In this document: positions 27,999 to 37,488 of the stretch, piece by piece
Layout: each line of letters starts with the position of its first letter
Numbering within the stretch: position 1 is the first letter of the stretch
DNA from: a virus
Strand: one strand, 5' to 3'
Length of the DNA stretch: 64,000 bases
IMG/VR virus record: IMGVR_UViG_3300032163_000005
Coordinates: 1 to 64,000 of that record
Position numbers and translations under genes: made by a program
The notes under the pieces: generated by a model
What the model was told of the DNA's origin: nothing
The model's database searches: none
Seen by the model: only the letters and a program-made list of their open reading frames with translations

Positions 27999-28885
27999 AC
28001 GCGTCCACGCTTCATCGCGGTCTGCGTTGAACCTTCCATGATGGCATCGCGAAGGACAAGTGCGGCTTCATCGTCACCACGACATGCTTGATCGCGAAGC
28101 TCGAAAAGATGTGACGGGCAGTCGTCGCGCACGAGAGGTGGTTTTCGACCCACAAGCCACAGATGAACTTTATCGAGCTCAATCATGAAGTACGAAAAAT
28201 CGTGCGTTGCGCGTTCGAGAGAAACTGAATTTGATACAGGCACAGTTAGACGCGTCATCACAGCCCTCCAATATGGACGTGTCACGAGTGCTGTGAATCC
28301 GGTCCATTCGTAGATGCACGCTCGAAGAAGAGTCCTCACGCGATCGATGTCCTCTTGTGCCGCCGCTTGTGTGAGAAATACAAATTCGTCATTGCCGATG
28401 GTCACAAGCTTGGAGACTTCATCAGCCGAAAGCTTACCGGCATCTTCAAGCAATCGAACACCGCGATCCCAACACACTGGCATCTTGGGTGTGAGCCACA
28501 TGATGGCTGGCTTCTCCCAAATGAAAGGCAATCCTTGATCAAGTTGAAGTCGTAGCTCGTGCACCTTGGCAAGCTGCTTCGCCGTTGGTTTCTTACCCTT
28601 CTCAACCTGTTCACGAAGAGACTCCGCGAAGGTCATCGCCCAAGGGATCTTGATGATGACGCCTTGGAATTTGGTACAACGGCATTCTGGGCAAGCGTCA
28701 TATTCACGAACCCGATCCAACGCGCCATCATCTAGGATGCACTCTTTGCACCGCATGCATTGGAAGTGATCCTCGATGGACTTGCAGCTTGGACACGGGT
28801 TGGGAAGATGAGCATCACGAATCATCGCGAGAGATTCGAAGAGCGCTGCATTCGCTTCAAGGTCCGTGTCGCTCGCCTTCCGCAT
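27995..28885 (-). CDS. Cys-rich hypothetical protein
   Basis: Several CxxC motifs; ATG 28885 after GCGGCAAGGA. Confidence 0.5.
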   Translation of the reverse strand: MRKASDTDLEANAALFESLAMIRDAHLPNPCPSCKSIEDHFQCMRCKECILDDGALDRVREYDACPECRCTKFQGVIIKIPWAMTFAESLREQVEKGKKPTAKQLAKVHELRLQLDQGLPFIWEKPAIMWLTPKMPVCWDRGVRLLEDAGKLSADEVSKLVTIGNDEFVFLTQAAAQEDIDRVRTLLRACIYEWTGFTALVTRPYWRAVMTRLTVPVSNSVSLERATHDFSYFMIELDKVHLWLVGRKPPLVRDDCPSHLFELRDQACRGDDEAALVLRDAIMEGSTQTAMKRGRV

Positions 28886-28887
28886 AC

Positions 28888-29298
28888 TCAATCCTTGCCG
28901 CTCACCACCGCGCGCAATTCATCGATCGCCTCATGCAACATCTTCGTCGCATCTCTGATCGACTCGAGATTACGAGCTTGCTTACTCTGCGCGTGGATTG
29001 CCACAACGTTGCGAGCTACCTCGACAAGACGGTGAACGTTCACGCCAGCAACGATCATGGCATTCTTGTTCGCTGCATTCAGAGCACGCGATGCCAATGA
29101 CTCCGCCACAATCTCCGCAAGCCGATCAAGTTTGGCTTGTGAAACTGGTCGCACCACGCCGGTCTCAGCGTTCACAGCAACAAGAACACCATCTCGTTCT
29201 TCGAGCTCATCATCTCGAAGGCGTCGTCTTCGGAGCTTTGCCCATTTCTGACCGGGCAATTGTTGGATAGCAATCAAAAGTGGATGCATCTTCGACAT
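28888..29298 (-). CDS. hypothetical protein, first gene of the replication operon
   Basis: 136 aa ORF divergent from the AEP-like gene. Confidence 0.5.
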   Translation of the reverse strand: MSKMHPLLIAIQQLPGQKWAKLRRRRLRDDELEERDGVLVAVNAETGVVRPVSQAKLDRLAEIVAESLASRALNAANKNAMIVAGVNVHRLVEVARNVVAIHAQSKQARNLESIRDATKMLHEAIDELRAVVSGKD

Positions 29299-29366
29299 CC
29301 TTGCCGCACTCGTGAGAATGCGACTATAGATCAGTCCATCCCATCCAAATAGAAAGAGACCTCAGT

Positions 29367-30725
29367 TTGCACCTGGGGTCTCGACCGAGTCAGCGTAACA
29401 GGCGCCTCTCAGTGAAACCAAATCTACTTCCCCCAAAGTCGTCTCGCAAGCTCCTCCAAAAAGCTTCGTGTTCTCGTACACATTCGGATCACTCTCTAGG
29501 GGAAGGAATCCGTGGGGGTGTTGGGGCCCCTGGGCACCCAAGAAAACGGAAGCGTCGAACGGATGTTGAGTGGGATGGACTCGTGTCGGCTTACGAGAGG
29601 TTGTTCGAGCTCAGTGGTCGGTCTTACTGGCGTGTGAGCAATCACGACCAACCATGGAAGGAAGGCATCCGGAACGGGAAGAGGTACCGGTATCCCGTTG
29701 GACAGAAGGGATGGCAGAAAACTCCTTCTCCGCTCTGTCGTGATGCTCTGAAGCGAATGCTCTCGGGACAAGATCGCATCGCCGTTTCTGGCTTCACGCA
29801 TACACGGCTCATCATCCTAGATTTCGATGCGCACGAAGAACCACCACGTCCTTGGTGGGAAACGCACGGCATCCATCCATCCATCGGCGCTGCAGACAGT
29901 CAGAAGACGCTTCGTCGCCAGTGGATCGCAGAACAATGCAGTGAGCTCGTCTTCGCCGCTCGAATGAGCCTCGATGAAGATGTTCACGTCGAGATGACAC
30001 CGCGCGGGTATCACGCGTTCATCCTGCTCGAAGACGCGGTACCTGTGACCGAAGCAGCGAGGATCGCTGCGAGCTGGCGGAGCTTGGTACTCACCCGCAC
30101 CAATGATGCTGATCCAAAGCGTGTGGAGAGCTTCCCGAAGATCAATTCTGATGGCACGGGACGCACGTGCGCATTACCACTTGGCGCTGGTCATAGGCTC
30201 GTTGGACGCGACATCACCAAGCCTTGCTCACATCTTCGCGCCATCGAGATTGAGCGCGTCGTGGGTGGTTCAGGACTCGTGAACGTGAAAGCGCTTTGGG
30301 ATGTCCTTACGCCACACATCACACCCGTTGCCATTGAAACGATCCGACCGTCCGATGCTGTTCTTTGCGGATCGGCGTTCGTTCTCGAAGTGCTTCGACT
30401 TCTCGAGCAAGGCATGGACGATGATGAATCATGGCCCGCCATCCGGATCCTCGTTGCGGCGTGTTGCTATCGGGGTCTGACGCGCGACGAGACGATACGC
30501 GCAATGAAACGGTATGTGCGGTGTGGGATCCATCGCGCGACACACTGCCAAAGCGAGCGTGGAATGAGGCAGCTCGATGCTGTCGTGCGTTGCCAGATCA
30601 ACCACTTCGAGCGCGGACTTGGCGAAGGAACCTATCGAGCTGGGATAAAATCTCGAGAGCTCAATCCGATGCTCGATGAGCTCGCTTCTCTTTCAGAGGT
30701 TGACCAACCTCGAGTGGCTGCATAG
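29367..30725 (+). CDS. archaeo-eukaryotic primase (AEP)/prim-pol-like replication protein; true start uncertain, probably downstream
   Basis: IILDFD (motif I), TPRGYHAFI (motif II), ALPLG, helical C-terminal domain. Confidence 0.6.
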   Translation: MHLGSRPSQRNRRLSVKPNLLPPKSSRKLLQKASCSRTHSDHSLGEGIRGGVGAPGHPRKRKRRTDVEWDGLVSAYERLFELSGRSYWRVSNHDQPWKEGIRNGKRYRYPVGQKGWQKTPSPLCRDALKRMLSGQDRIAVSGFTHTRLIILDFDAHEEPPRPWWETHGIHPSIGAADSQKTLRRQWIAEQCSELVFAARMSLDEDVHVEMTPRGYHAFILLEDAVPVTEAARIAASWRSLVLTRTNDADPKRVESFPKINSDGTGRTCALPLGAGHRLVGRDITKPCSHLRAIEIERVVGGSGLVNVKALWDVLTPHITPVAIETIRPSDAVLCGSAFVLEVLRLLEQGMDDDESWPAIRILVAACCYRGLTRDETIRAMKRYVRCGIHRATHCQSERGMRQLDAVVRCQINHFERGLGEGTYRAGIKSRELNPMLDELASLSEVDQPRVAA

Positions 30726-30828
30726 ATTCGCGTTGGGACCAATCGCGTGGGGCATACACGCAAAACGCACTCACACTGCGTTTCCTTAGGGTGGAAACCA
30801 CAACGCCCCGCACACTCGGTTCCCAGCT

Positions 30829-30857
30829 AAAGGCTGCCCTCTCGAAGGGTGGCCTTT
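30829..30857. terminator. strong hairpin after the AEP-like gene
   Basis: AAAGGCTGCCCT-ctcga-AGGGTGGCCTTT. Confidence 0.5.
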
Positions 30858-31001
30858 CTGCGTTGGAGCATCACGTGTGCTGTTCCCTTGCCCACTTCCA
30901 CCACCCGTGTGGGATGCCGTGGTGTCAGTGTCTCGTTGCGGACCTGCCGGTCAAGCACCGTTGCCTATGCATCTCAAAGGGATCTGAGCTATCCGTGCGA
31001 T

Positions 31002-31262
31002 ATGAATCCTAACACCACGAATCCCCTCATGCGCATCCTTGGCTCTTCTAAAGCTCTCATCGTGCTTGCTGTTGTGACTGCTGCCTTCGGAGCGTTCTTC
31101 GCCGGCAAAGCCCAGTGGGACCAAGTCGAGAGCATGGTGAAGTATCTCGTTGGTGCGCTCATCCTCGGGCAGAGCGCAGAAGACGCCGCCAAGCACATCG
31201 CCGGACGTGGCTCTCCCGTTGCCGCTCACAAGCCAACGCCTGACGAAACCGTGAAGCCTTAG
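31002..31262 (+). CDS. holin-like small membrane protein
   Basis: 86 aa with two hydrophobic segments and a charged tail. Confidence 0.55.
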   Translation: MNPNTTNPLMRILGSSKALIVLAVVTAAFGAFFAGKAQWDQVESMVKYLVGALILGQSAEDAAKHIAGRGSPVAAHKPTPDETVKP

Positions 31263-31675
31263 CGCTTGGGCGGGAGCTCAGAAGGATCGACGCGCCCAAT
31301 GGCAGGTGGCGTGTATCGGCGCCCTTCGATCTTCTGCAGAATCTGATCGGTCGTTCGAATCAGGTGTTGGAGCTCCACCTTTGTCACCATCGTCCGCTTG
31401 ATCTCTTGGACATCATCGTCGATGTTGCCGTGCGTCTGCTTCACGAGTGAGATCTCACCATCCTGACGAATGGTCGCTTTCTCTTCGGTGTGAAGGCGTG
31501 TGTCGACCGCAGCCGCGAGGGATCGAACGTCTTCGATGCGACGATCGATGTCCTTCTCTCGGTTCGACCATGCGTAGCGCGCAGTCGTGAGCCAAGCTGC
31601 AAAGCCGAGTGACGCGATGGTGCTCAGAACACTGAGTACCGTGGTGAGATCAACCTGCATCTCCACTAAGTACAA
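31259..31675 (-). CDS. N-terminal TM plus coiled-coil protein (lysis-associated, holin/antiholin-like)
   Basis: One TM segment then a coiled coil; last gene of the tail operon. Confidence 0.45.
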   Translation of the reverse strand: MYLVEMQVDLTTVLSVLSTIASLGFAAWLTTARYAWSNREKDIDRRIEDVRSLAAAVDTRLHTEEKATIRQDGEISLVKQTHGNIDDDVQEIKRTMVTKVELQHLIRTTDQILQKIEGRRYTPPAIGRVDPSELPPKR

Positions 31676-33516
31676 GGTTCATCGATGAGGTACAAATCGA
31701 AGCCCACACCGCCCGCTTTTACCTGATTGAGAGCTTGTCTTGCACGCCCATAAATCGCTGACGCGCCCACAGGAAACCCATCAAAGAAGATAGGAGCTCC
31801 CCATGCGTTATTCGGGCCCGCATCGAACGCGAATCCAAACTCTCCGACACTGAGATTCGTGAGTCCTACGAGAAAATACGCTCGGAACGAGGCGTAATCG
31901 AGGACGTATCGGAATCGGTTGTCGACGATTCCCGCCCCAATGACCGGACTTGCCGAGCAAACGAACATGGCGCCGCTCGTGAGCCCACGAACACGGTACG
32001 AACCGGGTGGTGTGAGTACGGTTGGCGGTTTGTTCTGCGTTGCAATGAACGAGAGAACGCCGCCGAGGATCCCACCGAAAAATCCGCCCACCACGAAGAG
32101 GAGTGGTCCCGCAGGAATGAACTGCTCAAGCACGATGCGTTCATTGGCGAGGAATGTTCCTGTGAGCACACCCGCGATAGTGAACGTGTCCGTGTCGAGT
32201 GCATCTTGATCAAGGAAGAATCCGGGAAGCTTGGACGTGCCGACTTCTCGAAAGCACCAAGGAATGGTGCCAAGAGAGCGATTGAGGGATCTCTTGATGG
32301 CATTGGGCGTCACGACGTCTGCAGGAACAGCAATGCGCTGCCTGTAGAGCACATCTGATTCTTTGGTCGCGCGATCGATCGCGCGTTCAGCTCCGAGCTC
32401 ATCGAGCCACCCTGCGAGACCACCATCAGGCGCCAACACGTTGGTGACCGTGAGATTCCAATCGGCTTCCCACTGCAAGATGCGCCAGGCAGCCGTCCCT
32501 GTTTCACCCACCCACGTTTGCGGGAAGATCAGGGACGCAACCGTCAAGGTCGCCGCGCTCACAACTCCGGTGACCAGCGTGGTGGCAATGACAGACGCCG
32601 GATTGCCTCTCAGAACGACGAACGTAAGGTTTTTGACACCTCCCACGGTCCGGAAGCCCAAAAGCCGTCCACGAAGCACCTCAGGACCGCCATTGGTGAA
32701 AGAAATCTCCTCCCCAACCTGGAACGTTCCCGCGAATGCCGATCCTTGAACCGATTGGGTGAATTCAAGCTCCACCATCGAGCCGAGCCCATTGGGCACA
32801 TCGGGCGGATAGAACGTCTTGATGCGCGCAATGTTGCCGGCGTTGGCGCCCACAGTGAGAAGCAATTGCTGTCCAACGTGCTCCGACACAAACATGTCGG
32901 CCTGGTTGGCTGCGCGGATGAAGACACCACAGACCTGCGGAGCGACGAGCCCCACGGGCGTCACGAAGAGAACATCTGCCAGATCGTTCTCGAAGTTGTA
33001 CCCAACTTGCGGGATGACGACGATCGTATTGGGTTGAGGGTCATTGTAGCTGTACCCCGCCTTTTCGGCTTCGGCAGGGATTGTGAACGGTCCACTGTCG
33101 CCAGGCTGGAAGACGAGATCATCCGTTAGGACGTACAGAAGCCCCGTGAGAACTTCTTCGCCAATGTTCTCACCCCAATCAACGATTTGATGCGCGGCGA
33201 AGATTGTTCCTGCTGCGAGCCTGAGAGGAGCTCGTTGCAAGAGCGTTCGCGCGAACGTAAGCGTAACAGTTGCCTTGGCCTCTCCCGCCGCTGATGGGTT
33301 GGTCTGTCCACTCCAAGGCAGGATGAACATGGCTTGCGTGGTGATATCGATGGCGCGTGAGATGCGTTCGAAGACGTGCCACGCTTGCGCAAAGACCTCG
33401 ATGCCGTGCCCATCGCCCGCGCGCTCGAGTGGTTCACGGTACTCACGATCGACGATGCTTCGCCAAATCGCCTGGAAATCATCGAACGTCAGAGCTCCGG
33501 TTTTGGGGGTCGTCAT
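31666..33516 (-). CDS. baseplate wedge/tail protein
   Basis: Follows baseplate J; LDELGAERAIDR..ESD..YRQRI pattern. Confidence 0.6.
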   Translation of the reverse strand: MTTPKTGALTFDDFQAIWRSIVDREYREPLERAGDGHGIEVFAQAWHVFERISRAIDITTQAMFILPWSGQTNPSAAGEAKATVTLTFARTLLQRAPLRLAAGTIFAAHQIVDWGENIGEEVLTGLLYVLTDDLVFQPGDSGPFTIPAEAEKAGYSYNDPQPNTIVVIPQVGYNFENDLADVLFVTPVGLVAPQVCGVFIRAANQADMFVSEHVGQQLLLTVGANAGNIARIKTFYPPDVPNGLGSMVELEFTQSVQGSAFAGTFQVGEEISFTNGGPEVLRGRLLGFRTVGGVKNLTFVVLRGNPASVIATTLVTGVVSAATLTVASLIFPQTWVGETGTAAWRILQWEADWNLTVTNVLAPDGGLAGWLDELGAERAIDRATKESDVLYRQRIAVPADVVTPNAIKRSLNRSLGTIPWCFREVGTSKLPGFFLDQDALDTDTFTIAGVLTGTFLANERIVLEQFIPAGPLLFVVGGFFGGILGGVLSFIATQNKPPTVLTPPGSYRVRGLTSGAMFVCSASPVIGAGIVDNRFRYVLDYASFRAYFLVGLTNLSVGEFGFAFDAGPNNAWGAPIFFDGFPVGASAIYGRARQALNQVKAGGVGFDLYLIDEPCT

Positions 33517-33539
33517 GCGCTTCAGTCCACCTTAGAGAT

Positions 33540-33563
33540 TTTAGACAGATCGATCTGTCTAAA
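33540..33563. repeat. perfect palindrome, copy 3
   Basis: TTTAGACAGATCGATCTGTCTAAA followed by CCTGTAACT; intergenic. Confidence 0.9.
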
Positions 33564-33587
33564 CCTGTAACTCTACGAAACCACGAA

Positions 33588-34703
33588 TCAAACCACCGTA
33601 ATATTGGCCAAAGTCGTTCGGATCGTCTGCCCTGTTGTGGGCACGAGGTCACCGGTTGGCGTGACGATGGTGCTGTCGTTCACGATGAGTCCATCCTCGA
33701 CGTAACGCTGCAAAACAGAGTTGAGCTCCGCGCGGTAGAGCGTCCCATTGACCGGAAGGCTGTTCACGAAGACTTCAACAGCGGCTTTGATGTTGTCAGT
33801 GAGTGTCGCTGTGTCGATGTTGGCGCGGAATGTCAGATGAAGGCTGATGTTGACGATGAGCGGAACAGATGTGGACACGAGAACCTGGATGCCCCCCGCG
33901 CGATATTCGTTGAGCGCGGCGTAAACGAGACTCGCGAGTTGATCAGAAGCAACGCCCGACGAATCAGAGATGAAGAGCTGAACAAGTCGCGCTGGCTGCC
34001 CGCCTGTCGACAAGACTTCGATCGCCATCGCTGAGACGACACCAGGAACCGTCTTCGCACCAAACTCGATGGCTGCGAGAATCCCGCGTCGTGCGGTCCG
34101 CCAGAAATCTCGCAAACGGTTTTTGAACGTCTCGTTGTCTTCGGCATCTTCACCACCCGCTGTCGCCGCTGCGTTGATGACAGTGAGCGTGCGATCGAAG
34201 AGATCACCGGGACTCGAGAACCGTCGAATGTTCTCTTTGTCGACCTGCGTTGCTTTACCTGCGACCACGGCGCGAACATCGGCGCGTGATACAAGATCCA
34301 ACACACCAAACGATGCCGTCGTTGTGGTGATGTACTCAACGCCTGTAAGCGTTCCAAGCTTCGTTCCAATGGGAACCGACCCTGCTCCACCCGCCACTGT
34401 CACGCGCGAGATGGTGACCTCTCCAAGCGCAGGAGAGGCGCCCTTCCTGAGCTCTTGGTAGCGATCAAACGCGTACCGATCCAGGTCTTCATCCGTCTCG
34501 CACCCATCGAGCGTGAGAGCGGCTGTTCGTCCACCGAGTTGCGCGATGCACGCCGCTGCGAGGATGGCTGAAGTCCCCGCGATGATGTTGGACTCCGAGC
34601 CTTCGATGTTGACCTGGTTGGGATCGATCTTTGTGTTGCGCGACGTGACATAGTCACGTGCGAGCGTAAATAATTGGCTGCGCGTCGGAAGGTCGGGAGG
34701 CAT
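33588..34703 (-). CDS. baseplate J/gp47-like protein
   Basis: DLDRYA..Y.E.RK.A, GGEDAED.ETFKNRL, VPGV. Confidence 0.85.
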   Translation of the reverse strand: MPPDLPTRSQLFTLARDYVTSRNTKIDPNQVNIEGSESNIIAGTSAILAAACIAQLGGRTAALTLDGCETDEDLDRYAFDRYQELRKGASPALGEVTISRVTVAGGAGSVPIGTKLGTLTGVEYITTTTASFGVLDLVSRADVRAVVAGKATQVDKENIRRFSSPGDLFDRTLTVINAAATAGGEDAEDNETFKNRLRDFWRTARRGILAAIEFGAKTVPGVVSAMAIEVLSTGGQPARLVQLFISDSSGVASDQLASLVYAALNEYRAGGIQVLVSTSVPLIVNISLHLTFRANIDTATLTDNIKAAVEVFVNSLPVNGTLYRAELNSVLQRYVEDGLIVNDSTIVTPTGDLVPTTGQTIRTTLANITVV

Positions 34704-34720
34704 GCCCCGACCTTATCAGC

Positions 34721-35602
34721 TCACCCCGCTGTGTTGAACGGAACCTCGAAATTGGACGGCGCGCCTTGCTTCGGTGTGACGAAGATCTGAAAGCGCACGA
34801 TGTTTGGGTTCTGTCGATCGATGATGGCTTTCACTGTGGCGTTGGCAACGTCTGGTTCTTGAAGGATCTGCACTTGTGCGTCCGCCTGTACTGCGGCGAG
34901 ACGTGCAGCGACAAGGAGCTGTTTGCCGAGATACGGAATGCCCACGCCGTATCCAGGAAGGTGCGCGAAGGCATTCTTCTTCGTGATGAGTCGTCGAATA
35001 ATGCGCTTGCGCATCTGGTCACTGCCTTGATCAAACGAGTAGTCACCCGTGGAGTCTGTTCGGAGCGTCCCAAGAAGTGACTCGAGCCCCGGAGCTCCCG
35101 AGAGAAGCGTTCCGCCGAGAGATTGAGGATTGGCGATGTCGCGTGATTGCTTCGCCGTGTCGAAGCTCGGAGGCACGATTTGTTTGAAGACCGCGGGGAT
35201 GGAGAGTGTATCGCCAGGGATGAATTCGGTGAGATCTTCGTTGTAGACCGCGTTCACATCAAGTGTGTATTGAGCGGGATGTGAGGTGAGCGGACGATCG
35301 AGTGTGAGATCAACGTAATGTCCAACATTGATTGGATCGACATCGCTGAGCTCTACGCGAACGACGGTTGCAAGCCGAGCTACTTGCCCATCTGACCCCA
35401 TGGTTGATGTGTCAGGAGTTAGCGACCATTTATTAGGAGTGCTCGCATCGAACGAATCGAGAAGCCCGTTCAGAAAAACACGTTGGTTGAACGCAACGCG
35501 AATGACGTTTTCACGGATAGCGAGGGCGGCAACAAGCGCAAAGGTGGCGTCATCATCTCCCCACGGAAGATCCCCCCACGGACCACTTCCCCAACCTGGC
35601 AT
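34721..35602 (-). CDS. baseplate wedge protein (C-terminal gp25/W-like domain, N-terminal beta-sandwich)
   Basis: IIRRLIT....HLPGYGVG..Q..QEPDV; start at ATG 35602. Confidence 0.65.
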   Translation of the reverse strand: MPGWGSGPWGDLPWGDDDATFALVAALAIRENVIRVAFNQRVFLNGLLDSFDASTPNKWSLTPDTSTMGSDGQVARLATVVRVELSDVDPINVGHYVDLTLDRPLTSHPAQYTLDVNAVYNEDLTEFIPGDTLSIPAVFKQIVPPSFDTAKQSRDIANPQSLGGTLLSGAPGLESLLGTLRTDSTGDYSFDQGSDQMRKRIIRRLITKKNAFAHLPGYGVGIPYLGKQLLVAARLAAVQADAQVQILQEPDVANATVKAIIDRQNPNIVRFQIFVTPKQGAPSNFEVPFNTAG

Positions 35603-35604
35603 TG

Positions 35605-35955
35605 TTATTCTGCCATCCGAAAACAGATTTTGAGTGTTCGGCTCGAGATCTCTCGAGTCATGATGACACACCGTGGCGCTGTGACTGTCACAGAGATCAT
35701 CTCTTTTTTTGCGTCGAGACCTCTGAGCACAGCACACCGCTTCTTGGTTTTTTCCATCTCTTTCTTGGTCGCTTCTTCATCAATCTTGAATCCGGAGTTT
35801 AACCAATTCGTCACGGAGCCTCGGAAGTACCTTTCAGTTTCTTCCGAGCTCGCATCATCATCCACACTGAATCCGCGGTTTTGATGTTCGCTAATAGCCG
35901 TATCAAACGTCTCGTGATCTCCGAAACGATGTTCATCTTCCCAATCAACAGGCAT
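35605..35955 (-). CDS. hypothetical protein
   Basis: 116 aa ORF between fibre and wedge genes. Confidence 0.4.
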   Translation of the reverse strand: MPVDWEDEHRFGDHETFDTAISEHQNRGFSVDDDASSEETERYFRGSVTNWLNSGFKIDEEATKKEMEKTKKRCAVLRGLDAKKEMISVTVTAPRCVIMTREISSRTLKICFRMAE

Positions 35956-37184
35956 TAGATGCCTCCATTCGTCAGTTCGGCCCAGTCGTACACAACGAAG
36001 GCATCAACGGTTTCACCTCCTGTGGTGAGTGTGGCAACTAGATTCCCATCCGCCCCCGTAACAGAAAATGCGACAACGCCGCCGCTAGATCCAGCGAAGA
36101 CATTGATCTGTGAGTCTTGGTCGATGACACAAAAGCCAGACGTGTCTTGATGAATAGTGAGGATATGTGTCTGCGAAGACTGACCTACCGCATCGGTCCT
36201 CTGGAGAACGACCTTCGCGAGAATGAGATACATTCTCCCGTATTGTGTTATGAGCTGGCCGCCCAAATTGTCCAAGAGAACGACGGGTGCACCGGTCGAT
36301 AGGCCTCTGACCATGTATTGCGATGCCTGTCGACGTGCGATCGTACTGAGGGGGCCATCGGCATGGGCCATCTCGCCCGAGCGTCTGGCCGTCCCATAGG
36401 ATCCACCAGGAACACACCCGCCAGCGTTGGCAATCACACTATTGCCTTGACCACCGCCGACAAACCCCAAAGTTATGGCAACGGTATTACTAGTTCCTCC
36501 CGCCACGACGCCGTCCACACCATTGCATTCATTCGCACGCCCACCACAAATGGTAGCTCCGGTGGAGCCCGCTTCGTGACGATCACCACCCGATATCGTC
36601 ACGTAATCGCCTACGGCGCCTGCTGTCCCACCAGAGCTTCGTGACGCGAAGTTGACGATGCCTGTCTTCGTGTTGTTGATTGGCGACTGATTTGTCTTAG
36701 TCGAGCGGAGGTTTTGCTGTGATCCGCCGCCATCAAAGATGACAGCCGCTGCACCACCGATGCCGGCAATCAAAAATCGGAGAAGCTCCTCGAGATATTT
36801 CGCCCATCCACGCGTCTGCCCCCCGAAATTGAATGCGGATGCTTTGGCTTCGAAGGGTGGAATGATGTAGCCCGAAGCTTCGGTCACCTGAAAGACGCGG
36901 CGATCGGTGGAGGACACCCCTTGCGCATCTCGGACAGTGAGCTCGAGAAGGTACCCGCCGCGAACATCAGGAGCGAATGAGAATGTTGGCGATGAGGATA
37001 CGAGCCCCGGTCCTGCGACCGTACTGCCTGGCGGCTTGTCGATGACACTCCATGCCCACGTCACCACTCCTGCGTTATTGCCATTTGAGGCAACAACCGT
37101 GGTTGTGAGAACTCCGATCAACGCCTGTCCCGCAGGAGGTGTACTCAATCCTTGAACAAGCTTGATCTGTGCGAGAAGAGCCAT
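35955..37184 (-). CDS. tail fibre/appendage protein
   Basis: PKD-like N-terminus (WAWSV..KPPGS, PDVRG.Y..ELTV) and Gly-rich xxGGxxN repeats. Confidence 0.6.
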   Translation of the reverse strand: MALLAQIKLVQGLSTPPAGQALIGVLTTTVVASNGNNAGVVTWAWSVIDKPPGSTVAGPGLVSSSPTFSFAPDVRGGYLLELTVRDAQGVSSTDRRVFQVTEASGYIIPPFEAKASAFNFGGQTRGWAKYLEELLRFLIAGIGGAAAVIFDGGGSQQNLRSTKTNQSPINNTKTGIVNFASRSSGGTAGAVGDYVTISGGDRHEAGSTGATICGGRANECNGVDGVVAGGTSNTVAITLGFVGGGQGNSVIANAGGCVPGGSYGTARRSGEMAHADGPLSTIARRQASQYMVRGLSTGAPVVLLDNLGGQLITQYGRMYLILAKVVLQRTDAVGQSSQTHILTIHQDTSGFCVIDQDSQINVFAGSSGGVVAFSVTGADGNLVATLTTGGETVDAFVVYDWAELTNGGI

Positions 37185-37196
37185 CCCGAAGTCTTA

Positions 37197-37469
37197 TCAG
37201 ACGTCGGACGAATCAGGTGAGACGTCGAAGCAGGCGACCTTCCCACCGCCAAACTCGAGCCCCGCGCTCACGCTGATGGGGGCGGATGGATCGCAGGAGA
37301 GCGCAAAGCCAAACTTTGGGAATGGGAGCGCAAACGCGGGTAGCGCGAAGTTGAACCCAACCTTGAAGGATGGGAGCTTGATCGAGAAGTTACAGAGCGA
37401 TGCGTTGACAGATGGTGCGTTGAACGATGCATCTGCCGATGGGAGATCACACGCTTTGCCTTGTGCCAT
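37197..37469 (-). CDS. small Cys/Phe-rich baseplate-region protein
   Basis: ATG 37469 (MAQGKAC); directly follows the spike gene. Confidence 0.45.
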   Translation of the reverse strand: MAQGKACDLPSADASFNAPSVNASLCNFSIKLPSFKVGFNFALPAFALPFPKFGFALSCDPSAPISVSAGLEFGGGKVACFDVSPDSSDV

Positions 37470-37488
37470 GCTCCCCAGCGTAGCGCGT

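Noticed and set aside
30730-30830. tRNA gene
   Set aside because: It is cloverleaf-like but has no recognisable T-loop (GTTCRA) or D-loop consensus. No tRNA or rRNA was recognised anywhere in the window.
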